From the NCBI GenBank assembly GCA_002269645.1, contig NIVC01000714.1, positions 1 to 64,000 on the forward strand: a stretch of DNA of 64,000 nt, given 5' to 3'. The stretch is from Macrostomum lignano (lineage: Eukaryota). This document shows, one piece after another, positions 49,255-64,000 of this stretch (within the stretch, counting starts at the first letter, position 1; every line of letters begins with the position of its first letter). The translations under genes were made by a program, and so were the position numbers. Below the pieces are notes generated by a model. That model saw nothing but the letters and a program-made list of their open reading frames with translations. It had not been told where the DNA came from and made no database searches.

Positions 49255-50193
49255 TCAAAATTTGTTGTTGAGATTTCGCCAGCCAATTTTGATGCAGGAG
49301 TCGAAAATTCGAGGTTTGTTTCTGCCATAGACAGTCACCTCACCGTCGGACAGGAAGGCGCCGTTGAAGTATAGCTTAGACTTGCTCATCACGTCTGAGA
49401 TGTCGAAGGCGGCACCGACTCGAACGAATTGCTGTCTGTCCGATGGCAGAATCTGATCTCTGGACATGAGGCTGCGGTGTCCGTTCTGGATGTACAGCCG
49501 CTTGGTGTCCGCGGGGCTGCTGTCATCCCACTCCCACATGTGCAGCCAGTACTCTGTAAAGCTGCTGCAATCGGTCAACTCGATGAAGGCGTTCACTTTA
49601 GGCGTCCTGCTCACCTCCATGAGCCAGGTGAAGCTGCTGTTGAAGTCGAGGCCCCGCGTGTCCGTCACCCACATCCGCGATGTCGCGCCGTTCATCCTGG
49701 CACCGTCGCTGGTCCAGGCGATCCCGTCGTGCTTTACGGAGTTCCTTTGGCCGCGGGCGTCGCAGACGAGATTTTCCAGCCGCGGCCCGCGGTTGCCGAC
49801 CCACACGGCGGCGAAGTGCCGGTTGGCGACGAGGGCGTCCAGCTCGGAGTCCACGAACAGCTCGCAGTCGGCCGGGCCCAGCGCGGGGTCGTCGGGCGGG
49901 CTGCTCAGGCTGAGCAGGTGGCAGACTCGGCTGAACAGGAACAGCGAGCAGGCGGAGCTGCGCCGGTGCCGCTGCACCACCCCGACGCCCGACAGCGGCT
50001 GCCAGCGGGCCCGGATGACGCACTCGAGCGGGGAGGCTGCGGGGGCGGGCAGGGCCCAGGCGGCCAGGGACCGGCTGAGGCAGGGCCGCCAAAAGGCGGG
50101 CAGGTAGGCGGCGGAGGCGGCTGGCGGCAGGACGACAAAGGAGAGCAGAAGGCAGGCCAGCAGCGGAGCTGCAAAGTCTTTAGCGAGCGACAT
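49255..50193 (-). CDS. Secreted protein with PAN-like and LamG/concanavalin-like regions, 312 aa
   Basis: Clear signal peptide; SPLEC...CSLF PAN-like motif; beta-rich SFTWLMEV...WLHMW...VGAAFD...KLYFNG resembling LamG_3. Confidence 0.65.
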   Translation of the reverse strand: MSLAKDFAAPLLACLLLSFVVLPPAASAAYLPAFWRPCLSRSLAAWALPAPAASPLECVIRARWQPLSGVGVVQRHRRSSACSLFLFSRVCHLLSLSSPPDDPALGPADCELFVDSELDALVANRHFAAVWVGNRGPRLENLVCDARGQRNSVKHDGIAWTSDGARMNGATSRMWVTDTRGLDFNSSFTWLMEVSRTPKVNAFIELTDCSSFTEYWLHMWEWDDSSPADTKRLYIQNGHRSLMSRDQILPSDRQQFVRVGAAFDISDVMSKSKLYFNGAFLSDGEVTVYGRNKPRIFDSCIKIGWRNLNNKF

Positions 50194-50637
50194 GTCGATC
50201 TGCTGCTTCCAGGAGAAATTGTTGCAGAACTTGAAGAAAATTGATATTTTAGTGCTGCGATTGTTTGAGTCAATTGAGTTAATAATAATCAGATTTCAAC
50301 TGCGACACATTGAAAATCCTAAAAGCTGCTATAAAAACCAAATTTGAGACTGACAGTCTGTAGAGGTGCGAGAAAAATGTAGCTGTCATTTTTAAGAAAA
50401 TATCTATTTCTTGCTGAGTGCTGAGAGATAATACAGAATGAGCTGCCACTCTACTCAATTGAGGCCGTCTCACGAAGTTGGAACTCGCATACGAAGCGAT
50501 TGACAACGTGAAAAAATAGTTAAAAAATAAAAAAAAACGTAAAAAATAAAAAACTCGAGTTGTTGTGCCCTGCTTTGTTATATGATTTAGAACACATATT
50601 TTGTTCGCAGTGCAACTTGTTCTTTGTATTTTCATTC

Positions 50638-52853
50638 TGATGTAACCGCCCTTGTCGCCTGTCCGCTCCGTAGAGAGACGAACGCATGACTAGAGGGGGC
50701 AATAACCGTAGGCTGCCTATGACCGGGCAATGACCTGACGGACCTCCAGCACCAGACTGTCCCGCCCACATGATTGATAGCTTTGGTAGCGCTTTGTGAC
50801 CAGAGGGCCAAGGACCCACATGGACCCCACCTGTAGCCAAGGTGCAATAGTTGGTCACTCGGTCATAATATGACCGAGTGGCTGCCACCACTCTATGTGA
50901 CCTGGCGCACCTGGATCTTTCTACCAGACCTCTCGAGGCTAGAGCCCCGCCTGGGATGGTTACCAGGAGATTTAGGCTAACAGGGGAGACACATGCAGCC
51001 GAGTACAGGGACTCTGCTTGGGGCATGATCGGGAACTCTGGGCTCAATCTGGAGGATTTTCAGCAGGGGATCCTTTGTGGCTGTGGGCGAGGCTGACTTG
51101 CGACTTTGATTACTAAGAGTAGTATGAGGCGAACATGTACTGTCTCTAGTTTAGATTGCTCAGGGCGAAGGGACGCGTCAGCATGGGGTTGCAACCTTCC
51201 TACTGCCATTCTGTGCCAAGACTCGCTAATCCCTCTACTGCACGCACACACGGCCCCGCAGCACGCACTCACAGGCGAGCTTTGCACGGGGAGAGGCCAT
51301 TAGCTTACCCAAACTTCCCTATGCTTTGCCACCCCGGGAGAAAGGCTTAGCAAGCCATGAGTGAAATGATGGTGAAAGAGTGAATAATGATGAGGTTAGT
51401 TAATAGTTAATAATTAGGCCCTTAGGCAAATAATCAGGCAAATAGGCGGCTTCACTATTGAGTAAAAATACAGCAAAAGGTACGATATCACAATGGGCTC
51501 AGCTCTCTAATCAGACAATGGAAAAATAGGCAAACTCCGGATAAGCAAAGGCAATTAGAGCACAAATCAGTAACAGGAACTTACCGGCAGCTGCACAGAG
51601 AGAGAGAGAGGCGGAGTGACCGAGGGCGGCTGTAGGCTGCAGTCAGGCGGACAGTGAAGCGGCGATGCGCTGAAGCGACGAGGCGCTGGTGTAGATCAGG
51701 CGAAGCTGATGATGCTGGGCGGTGTCAGACCGCTGGCCGATAGGCGAGCTCACTTAATGGGGAGCTGAAGATAACTTGGCGGTAACAGACCGCGGACCGG
51801 CAGGGATTCGTCTTATAGACGAATGGGTCAGAACTCAGTCTGACGGCAAGTCTAAATAAAGACTAGGAGCCCGAAGGTGGGCAAAAGTTGAGTCTTCTCA
51901 CGCCGAAAACCGCCTCCTTTTATAGCCTTCCCAGCCGCCGCTCCAAGGTCGTTTCCATGACTCCCTCTCTCTGATTGGCTGCCGGCCGAATGACGTCAGA
52001 ATGAGTCATGATGAGAAGCATGAGACCAGCCTAGCAACATGAGAAAAAAGGAAATTGCGCAATCCGGAGGTGGGGTGGGGGATAATTGGCGCAGCGGGTG
52101 GTCGCGAAAGTGTTGCGCAAGCAAACATTGAGAACAATAGGGCTGGGGTCGAGAACAAAGGAATTGGAAATCGGGGATAATTGGGGAGAATCGGGAACAA
52201 TGGAAAAGTAAACATTGGAGAAAAGGTGATAATTAGGTGCGAAAACGAGAACAAAAGAAAGAGAAAATCGGAGAAAATGTGATAATTGGTGGGGGTAAAG
52301 AGAACAAAAGAATCGAAAACGAGAACAATAGAAGCGGAGGTGGGGTGGGTGTCGCATGAGAAATTTGGGGAGGAGAACAATGGCATGAGAAAAGGTTGCG
52401 CAAGAGAGGGGGATGAGTCATCGATGAGTCATCGAGGGGAAGAAGGGGTCACACGACTTGCGTCACCGTTTGGGAGTTTGAGAAGGGATGGGGAGACGGT
52501 GAGCACACAAAATACTGTAAGTAGACGCAGAGAAGGGGGGGCAGCGCAGGAAACTAGTGCAGAGAAAGACAAAAAGAGGGGGGATAGGGAAAGTACAAGA
52601 AGAATAGGGTGGGGTGCAGGGGAGATAAGGTAGAGGGGAGGGTACAGAGAGGGACAGGGTGCTCCGGAAAGGCAGGTGTGGCGGCAGGGGAGACGGAACC
52701 AAGGCAGCAGGAGGGTGCAGCAGAGCGGGAGTCTCCAGGCCTGGTCGGAGACCGGCCGAGTCTCGACAGCCCTGTGCAGGGGGGTACACGGGATAGGAGG
52801 CACTTTCGAAAAAGTCCCATGCCCTATCCCGCGACCAGAGCGTGGTTACATCA
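50638..52853 (-). mobile_element. Solo LTR (2216 bp), Ty3/Gypsy-like
   Basis: 10-bp terminal inverted repeat TGATGTAACC...GGTTACATCA, 4-bp TSD ATTC (50634-50637, 52854-52857), internal TATA/CCAAT/CRE/AP-1 cluster, no coding capacity. Confidence 0.85.
51918..52008 (-). promoter_or_regulatory. LTR promoter: TATAAAA with CCAAT, CRE (TGACGTCA) and AP-1 (TGAGTCA) sites upstream
   Basis: Minus-strand TATAAAA 51918-51924, CCAATC 51973-51978, TGACGTCA 51991-51998, TGAGTCA 52002-52008. Confidence 0.65.
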
Positions 52854-53125
52854 ATTCTCTGAATAAAAAGTAACAGAAAATCGTGTTTTATTTCATAGTT
52901 GTTGCAAAAAAGATTGTACTTTGGTGTTTGTTATGTTGGTAATGCTTTATTCAACCAATTTCGAAGTTTGACAACCAATGTTGCGTTGCAGCGCCCTTTA
53001 AAATTGGCATTTATGCAATAATTTTTTTTTCGTCCTCTAGAAAAGTTTGTTTATCGAGTTAACTACATGCGTACTTTATCGAGTTTCAATTAGAAGATTA
53101 TTTCCTATGTCACGTTGTTTCCATA

Positions 53126-53726
53126 TTACGCAAAGGGATCCACGCACTCGCAAAGGGCCATAGAAATAGCCGCATTGCTCTCTGCAGTGAAATCATCCAA
53201 TCCGGAGCTGTGGCCGTACGAGACACTGGCGTGATAAGCTTCATCGCCAGCATTCGGCTGTCCAGGAGCCCAAACTTCCGACAAAAAGGTAAAGTTACAG
53301 CGCTCCCAAATCCAGGTGCCAGTTTTGAAGCTGCCGACGCGGTAGCCGCCAATGAAATAGCCATTGCCGGTGCTCTCTTGAGTCTTCAGCCAGTGCATGC
53401 GTTCGACTTCGGCTCTGTCCAGAGCATCCGCGTACTTGGTTAGCCCGGGCTCTGAGTTGCACTTCTGAGATCCTTGTGTCCAATTGGAGATCGAATAAAA
53501 TTTGTAGGTCAAACCGAGGTAGCCGTATTTGTAGCCGCTGGGGCACAGCTGCCCGTTCGGCAGGTTTTCCATGCGGCGAACGAAGGCCGAACCGAAGGTG
53601 CTGCAGTTCGCCTTGTTGGGCACGTGGCTGCAGGTGTCGAACACGAACATCTGGCAGCCGAAGCCGCTGTCGGACGGCTGACGGAAGCCGCGGCAGGACG
53701 CGCCCTGCTCGACACAGGCGAAGGCT
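53126..53726 (-). CDS. Paralog of the 45850-46640 PAN/CTLD gene lacking its 5' part (exon or truncated copy)
   Basis: Near-identical from AFACVEQG through the PAN region, more diverged in the CTLD; homology starts after TAACAG, a possible acceptor. Confidence 0.7.
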
Positions 53727-53871
53727 GTTATAATCCAAAAATTAGTGTTTAATACTGTAGTTTTCAAATATTTGCTATAAAAACTGCGAGCGTATATTTC
53801 AAGACTGACAGCTTGTAGAAATGCAAAAAATTGTAGCTGTCATTTTTAAATGTTTTTGTCTTTTTCGCTGA

Positions 53872-54270
53872 GAGTTGTGGCTCCCCGATTCCAGTGTCAG
53901 TTGTGGCTCCCCGATTCCAGTGTCAGTTGTGGCTCCCCGATTCCAGTGTCAGTTGTGGCTCCCCGATTCCAGTATCAGTTGTGGCTCCCCGATTCCAGTG
54001 TCAGTTGTGACTCCCTGATTCCTGTGTCAGTTGTGGCTCTCCGATTTCCAGTGTCAGTTGTGGCTCCCCGATTCCAGTATCAGTTGTGGCTCCCCGATTC
54101 CAGTGTCAGTTGTGACTCCCCGATTCCTGTGTCAGTTGTGGCTCCCCGATTCCTGTGTCAGTTGTGGCTCTCCGATTTCCAGTGTCAGTTGTGGCTCCTC
54201 AATTTCACTGTCAGGTGGTCCCCACTTCCAGTGTCAGTTGGTCCCCTGATTTCAGTGTCAGTTGGTCCCC
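53872..54270. repeat. 26-bp minisatellite (CCAGTGTCAGTTGTGGCTCCCCGATT)
   Basis: Direct inspection. Confidence 0.95.
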
Positions 54271-54486
54271 CGATTGACATAATATCTATAGTACAAGCGG
54301 TACATCTGCGTCTCTGGATGGTACTTGACACTTGTACTTTGCTGCATGTACATTTCCCAGCCTGCCATAGACAATAAATATACTCATTAAAACCTTTCTG
54401 ATAGCTACAGAACAAAGCTAAAATGCTAATTTAGATTGTGTACTTATTTATTTCATATCTCAACTTAAAGCAAAAAAACTTGAAAC

Positions 54487-57054
54487 ATGCCGAAACAGCC
54501 GGTTCAAGAAATCAAGTTAAAGGCAAAGTCCGAATCAAATCGAAGTCATTCGCCAAGTTCATCTATTGGGCCGAATAATCGAAAACTCCAGCAAGAAAAC
54601 CTGTTGCTCCTGCAGTTTCGCAAGAAACTCGAAAGATCAGCAAGCGACCTAATGGCCCTGTGGACACCTGTGAGCATCTCGCTGCTCACTGCCAGCGTGA
54701 TGACCATGATCAGACAGGCTGGCCAGCGAGACACTTCAGCCGAAGATCATTGGGAGGATGTGCGGCATAATTTGCACAGCAGCAGAGGCGAGCTGCCGTT
54801 TCTTGAGCCCGAAATTGAACTCAATGCTGAGCGATTGATTGCTGCTAGCAACTCGGGCGGCATCAGCAAAGTTCACCTAGTACTCATCACCTGCGTAGTG
54901 GCTGTGGTTGTCATCGTCGTCATGTCATTCCTCATGGTACTGCTGCTCAAGCTGAGCTGTTTCCGATGCCTGAAGATCTACATCAGCGTCGCTTTTGTTA
55001 TTCTGGGCGCGCATTTTGTTTTATTTTGGTTTTACACGGCTTCAAATGCGACAATGCTTCCGGTTGACTGGATAACCGCGATAGTGTGCGCCTACAACTT
55101 CTTGGGTGAGTCTTCTTGGGCGCAGCTGGTCTGAAAAAATCACCAACGGACACCAAGTAATGGACACTATAGATAAGTAATATAGACTAAGCTCTGCATT
55201 CTGTGCGCGTTCGCAACAATTTACGGACGATTAGAAAGTCAGGGCCGCTGTATGTTCTCAGGAGTCAGTGGAATGGGCAGGATTGCCTCAGCGCTGTGGG
55301 TTGTGAGACGCCATAAGAGTACGAGATCTAATCCAAATAAAAGTACACACAGGCATGTCCTCTCCGCCCCGCAGCCATTGTCGCGCTGTCTATGGCCATG
55401 GGCCAGTCGGCGCCAAAACGCCTAGTCCAGGCAGTCCACGTGGTCCTAGCAGCCACCGTGTCCTACATCATCTCCAACCTGCTGCTTGGCGGTAGTTTTG
55501 TCTACGCCAGCCTGCTCTGCGTCGCGTTCTCCCTGTGGGACCTGTTCGCGGTGCTGTGCCCCCGAGGCCCATTGAACAGTTTGATTAAAATGGCCGAAGC
55601 TGAGACTCGAGTAACTGACTTTATGCAGCCACTTGTGTACACTGCCGCGGTATGGACGACTGTTACTGTGAGTTATTTTCAGTAGTATAGTGGACATACT
55701 ACTGGTATGCAGCTCTTGATACCAGAGCTCGCATGAAGAATCATAAAAAGTTGCATTGTGCAGACTGACAGTTCAATTCTCGATCCGTTGAACCCTGAGC
55801 TGCATCATCTGTTGAATCCTGAGTTGCATCATCTGTTGAATCCTGAGCTGCATCATCTGTTGAATCCTGAACTGCATCATCTGTTGAATCCTGAGCTGCA
55901 TCACCTGTTGAATCCTGAACTGCATCATCTGTTGAATCCTGAGCTGCATCACCTGTTAAATCCTGAGCTGCATCACCTGTTGAATCCTGAGCTGCATCAT
56001 CTGTTGAATCCTGAGCTGCATCACCTGTTGAATCCTGAGCTGCATCATCTGTTGAATCCTGAGCTGCATCACCTGTTGAATCCTGAGCTGCATCATCTGT
56101 TGAATCCTGAGCTGCATCACCTGTTGAATCCTGAGCTGCATCATCTGTTGAATCCTGAACTGCATCATCTGTTGAATCCTGAGCTGCATCACCTGTTGAA
56201 TCCTGAACTGCATCATCTGTTGAATCCTGAGCTGCATCACCTGTTAAATCCTGAGCTGCATCACCTGTTGAATCCTGAGCTGCATCACCTGTTGAATCCT
56301 GAGCTGCATCAATTGTGGAATTCGTTGAAACCCAATTTTATTTTAGCGGCAGGGGCCTGTGTGCACCCTGGCGCACTTTAAGCGACATTGTCACACAACC
56401 GGCAAGTGGCATTCCTGCCCATTCCGCCGACTCCCCTGAGCAGGTACATGTACGAGCACACAAGCGCGTGGATACGTACGCAGTCAAATGCACAGGCACA
56501 CACTCACACAGGAGTGTACAGCGGCCCCAACTTTATTTATCGTTAGGCATGTACACTTCACTGTGCTTTGGGGTTGGCCCTCAATGCCGTTAATTGCACG
56601 CAAGCCGAGATTCCAATTTAGCCCCAAATTACTCGTAATGTGACTGCACTTGGAATCGAGCCTGGGCCGCTGGCACATCAGAGCGCCGCGCTGGACCGCT
56701 GGGCCCTCTCTGTTGTTGTTGAGTCCCAACCAATGGATCCCCATTCCGCAGGCGGTGACAGCCAAGCCAAAGGAGAAAATTCGAAGAGGCTCCCGTTTAG
56801 GCCTGGGCGACTTCATTTTCTACGGCGTGTTGGTTGCCACGGCAACCGTGCAGTGCGGCCCGGTGGGAGGCCTCGCCTGCTACGCTGCTCTGCTGCTCGG
56901 CTTCTGCCTGACCTTAGCTGGCCTGCGATGCCTGGGCAGAGCGCTGCCGGCGCTGCCTCTGCCTGTGGCCGCCGCCGTGGCCACCGTCTGCCTGTTGAAC
57001 GGCTGCGGGATCGCCTACTTTGAGGCGCTGGCCGAGAGGCAGCTCATGGTGTGA
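54487..57054 (+). CDS. PSEN: Divergent presenilin (A22 aspartyl protease)
   Basis: Exons 54487-55105, 55375-55667 and 56752-57054 splice in frame; SLWDLFAVLCPRGPL, RLGLGDFIFY and ALPALP motifs. An extra loop exon cannot be excluded. Confidence 0.88.
55788..56310. repeat. 27-bp intronic minisatellite (CTGTTGAATCCTGAGCTGCATCAYCT...)
   Basis: About 19 near-perfect copies. Confidence 0.97.
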
Positions 57055-57795
57055 CTCGATTCTGCTCATAGTGTGAGAGGATTCTGCTCATAGTGTGACT
57101 CGATTCTGCTCATAGTGTGGCTGGATTCTGCTCATAGTGTGGCTGGATTCTGCTCATAGTGTTACTCGATTCTGCTCATAGTGTGGCTGGATTCTGCTCA
57201 TAGTGTGGCTGGATTCTGCTCATAGTGTGGCTGGATTCTGCTCATAGTGTGAGAGGATCCTGCTCATAGTATGACTGGATTCTGCTCATAGTGTGGCTGG
57301 ATTCTGCTCATAGTGTGAGAGGATCCTGCTCATAGTATGACTGGATTCTGCTCATAGTGTGATTCGATTCTGCTCATAGTGTGGCTGGATTCTGCTCATA
57401 GTGTGACTGCATTCTGCTCATAGTGTGACTCGATTCTGCTCATAGTGTGGCTGGATTCTGCTCATAGTGTGGCTGGATTCTGCTCATAGTGTTACTCGAT
57501 TCTGCTCATAGTGTGGCTGGATTCTGCTCATAGTGTGGCTGGATTCTGCTCATAGTGTGGCTGGATTCTGCTCATAGTGTGAGAGGATCCTGCTCATAGT
57601 ATGACTGGATTCTGCTCATAGTGTGGCTGGATTCTGCTCATAGTGTGACTGCATTCTGCTCATAGTGTGACTGCATTCTGCTCATAGTGTAACTGCATTC
57701 TGCTCATAGTGTGACTGCATTCTACTCATAGTGTGACTGGATTCTGCTTATAGTGTGAGAGGATCCTGCTCATAGTATGACTGGATTCTGCTCAT
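57050..57795. repeat. 22-bp minisatellite (GATTCTGCTCATAGTGTGGCTG) beginning at the presenilin stop
   Basis: Direct inspection. Confidence 0.95.
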
Positions 57796-58785
57796 GGCAT
57801 CTTTGAAGCTCATGGTGCGACAATATTATTCTCGTTCAGAAAATTTGTGCTCATAATGTTATGTATATGAGCTCAATATAGGGCTTATAATGTGACCTAG
57901 CAGTTTGCTCATGTTGTTTTTATCTGCAATCTGGTGATCTGTCTCCCGAACTAATTTGATCGTCAATAAAATATCTATGTCTGTTCTCTTGAATTAATTT
58001 TTCACTAGCAACTTGCTAATAAAGTCGGTCAAACAAATTCATTCGTGTCCATTAATTCTGAATAATCGTTTCGTTTTTTTTACAATTGCATAAAGAATGA
58101 ACGCTGCTAATATAAAACTTCTCGGCTCTGCACAAGGTCCTGCGGATCTGTGAGTAACAGGGAGGGAAAGGGGGAGGAAAGGGGGAGAGGGGGTGGTAGA
58201 GGGGGAGGGGAGAGAGGGAGAGGAAGGGAGAGGGGGAGAGTGAGAGTGAGAGTTGATTACAGTGCATATTTTAGTGTGCAGTGCAGAAAATTTTGATACA
58301 CAGGAGAGGCCGTTCAGAAGGCCAAAAATCTCGAGGCTTAAAAGAGAAGAAGTTGAAGTCTTGCAAGAAGAATGCAATAAGACCGTTTTCATATAATTTT
58401 TTCAGTCTACAGCTTATTACTAATAGCTCTGTGCGTACAGGCTGTGGGGGTAGGCAGGCTCACAATGTACACGCAGTGACCCTTGCGCGCCTGCGAACTC
58501 GAAGGAGACGGGGAGAGAGAGAGAGAGAGACGAACTCGCACCGCCATTACCTCCACCTCTTATCAGGGCCAATACATACCTATAACGAGATTTACGAATG
58601 CAAAACCATAACTGGAATTTGCAAGGGCTTTGGCTCGTAAAATTATTTGTTTACATTTGTAATCCGAACTACAAATAGATTCTCATTAGCCAATAGCAGT
58701 AAAATTCGTTATAAACTTAAATTTCAATAAACTTTCAACCATTTGATATAAAACTCGGCCTCCCTAACTTGCTTGCCAAAATAGC

Positions 58786-61708
<2,923 letters not shown>

Positions 61709-62384
61709 CAGATTATTAATCTATTGCTATGTGTGCATCCGTAAAACAAAAATGTTTTTCAACTTTTCGATTACTCGACCTATTGGCATCGATTCTCGAC
61801 GCACTACTATCAGTAGGGCGAAGTAGTATTACTCAGCTTCTGTTAATATAGTGTCATAATACTTAACTTCGGTAATACTCGTAATTGGTGTTAGTACTTT
61901 TCCTTAGTAAAATATGCCACAATCAGTCACCCGTTAAATTTGTTATAGTTAGTGTTAATTTTTATTATATAACAAATTTTATACACTTTAATATATTTGC
62001 GATGCTACTCGCAAGTATGACAAAAAGTAGTATGATTGGGACTTTTTGTTTCATTTTGCGAGGTCAAATATAAAACAATTTGACTAAAAGTTGTGTACAT
62101 TGTTTAATTATTAATTAATAAATTGGTTCGAGTCATAGTTGATGACATTTTTCAGACTTTTATTTTGATTGCAATCAGAAATTCACAATTAGATTACTGT
62201 TGATGGACACATTGGAGAGTGACTGGACAATGCAATACATGCCTCAACTGTCGTGCAGGTGCTAATTCGTTAAGCATATTGGAATGATGGGAAGATTTGC
62301 TTTCCAATTATACCTGTCTGTATCCGTGTGTGTTAGCTTATCAATCAGCTAAATTGCTATTGTCTATCTGGTGCTGTGACTGCC

Positions 62385-62486
62385 TGACTGGCTGACTGAC
62401 TGACTGACTGACTGACTGACTGACTGACTGACTTGACTGAGTGGGTGACTGACTGACTGACTGACTGACTGACTGACTGACTGACT

Positions 62487-62534
<48 letters not shown>

Positions 62535-62725
62535 TGAGTGAGTGGGTGACTGACTGACTGACTGACTGACTGACTGACTGACTGACTGACTGACTTGACT
62601 GAGTGGGTGACTGACTTGACTGAGTGGGTGACTGACTGACTGACTGACTGACTGACTGACTGACTGACTGACTGACTGACTGACTTACTTACTGACTGAC
62701 TGACTGACTGACTTGAGTGAGTGGG

Positions 62726-62769
<44 letters not shown>

Positions 62770-62864
62770 TGACTGACTGACTGACTTGAGTGAGTGGGTG
62801 ACTGACTGAGACTGACTGACTGACTGACTTACTTACTGACTTGAGTGAGTGGGTGACTGACTGA

Positions 62865-62899
<35 letters not shown>

Positions 62900-62962
62900 C
62901 GACTGACTGACTGACTTACTGACTGACTTGACTGAGTGGATGACTGACTGACTGACTGACTA

Positions 62963-63000
<38 letters not shown>

Positions 63001-63069
63001 TGACTGACTGACTGACTGACTGACTGACTGACTGACTGACTGACTGACTGACTGACTGACTGACTGACT

Positions 63070-63101
<32 letters not shown>
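62385..63101. repeat. (GACT)n microsatellite with GAGTGGGT interruptions
   Basis: Direct inspection. Confidence 0.97.
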
Positions 63102-64000
63102 AAGTGTTTGAAGTATGAAGTCACTATTCAGATACAAAAGTACTCCAGCCATGCCATCATGCAGCCATCAATATATTCTTGGAGTAAGTCTAAACGTTCA
63201 TTTTTTTATCAAATATGTTTACAGCGTCAACGCTGAGAAAACTCTCGTGACGAACCCCAGACAGAACGCAGTTTTGCCTGGCAGCATGGGTTTCAATAAG
63301 CTTTCTAAGAAAAGTTTTACGAGCGGGCAGGAGTTATGGCTGCTCAGTCTCTCGCGGGGTGGGGGGCGAGGGTCTGCAAAAAAATTCGGATTTGGCACGA
63401 AGCCGCAGGCCCTCAGTAACTCGGGGGAGAGAGAGAGATGGATAAGGCAGCCTCTCACTGCTCAGTCTACTGCAGTTGGCACCTTCGGACTCGAAGATGC
63501 TCCAGTTTTCGAGAGCTCAGGTGCTAAAGGTAAATAAATAGAAAAATAGAAAATTTCATTTCTAGAATAGACACACGTTTGACGGGCTGAAAATTCTATT
63601 TTTTATTTGAACGACTCCACAAGGAGCTCATTGTTGCTTTTGTCGAATTTTACTACGGTCGATGAAGCTCTGGCCCTGACGCCTTAGTCACACCTTTTCA
63701 GGCTTGCCTTCTTCTGCGAGGCAGTCCGCCATGGACTTCCAAACCTATGACACCTCATGCAATCAATGGACGATCAAGCTTTCCTTCTGCCAATAGGACG
63801 ATCGCGCGAAGCTGGCATGCTTTCAATCGGAAGTGGCTTCATCAGATATTATCGACTTAAATTCAGGAGAATTTATTATTGGAAACTGTCAAACGCGAAA
63901 AAATTAGAGCGAACTCACTGCTCCTGCTGTCTCTTTTATGAATTTCTTTCTAGCTGGATTTCTTCTCGTTCGAAGACTGTCTGTGGTAAATCCCCATCTG

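Noticed and set aside
55758-56381. 207-aa (LLNPELHHL)n protein
   Set aside because: Intronic 27-bp minisatellite with a non-ATG start and no convincing donor; kept only as a remote possibility for a presenilin loop exon.
63115-64000. 140-aa ORF and GC-rich patch near the window end
   Set aside because: No recognisable protein motif, terminal repeats or TSD; possibly an unresolved repeat fragment.

Overview
Repeat-rich animal genomic DNA with intron-containing genes and no prokaryotic features. The GC-rich exons, minisatellite-filled introns and (CAGA)n/(GATA)n tracts resemble the flatworm Macrostomum; this is inference only. The dominant feature is a complete 16,857-bp Polinton/Maverick (adintovirus-like endogenous dsDNA virus) at 2899-19755, with 578-bp terminal inverted repeats and a 6-bp ATCTAT target duplication inside an (ATCT)n microsatellite. 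It encodes minor and major capsid proteins, packaging ATPase, adenain protease, protein-primed PolB, rve integrase, a parvovirus-type PLA2, an adenovirus pX-like protein and several unknown ORFs. About 11 frameshifts, mostly at short homopolymers, interrupt otherwise clean reading frames. Most unusual: the inverted homology continues about 650 bp inward beyond the perfect TIR, so the right end carries a diverged but protein-conserved C-terminal half of the penton gene and a second isoform of a TIR-straddling ORF. The element also contains a 90-bp palindromic repeat array and a tRNA-derived SINE. The rest of the window holds a Methuselah-like GPCR exon, a 1060-codon unknown exon, a LINE 3' fragment, a four-exon cyclin Q gene, a full-length EnSpm/CACTA transposon (38524-45214), three PAN-domain secreted-protein genes, a Mutator-like foldback MITE, a 2.2-kb solo LTR, a divergent presenilin, a MARVEL-domain gene and many mini- and microsatellites.
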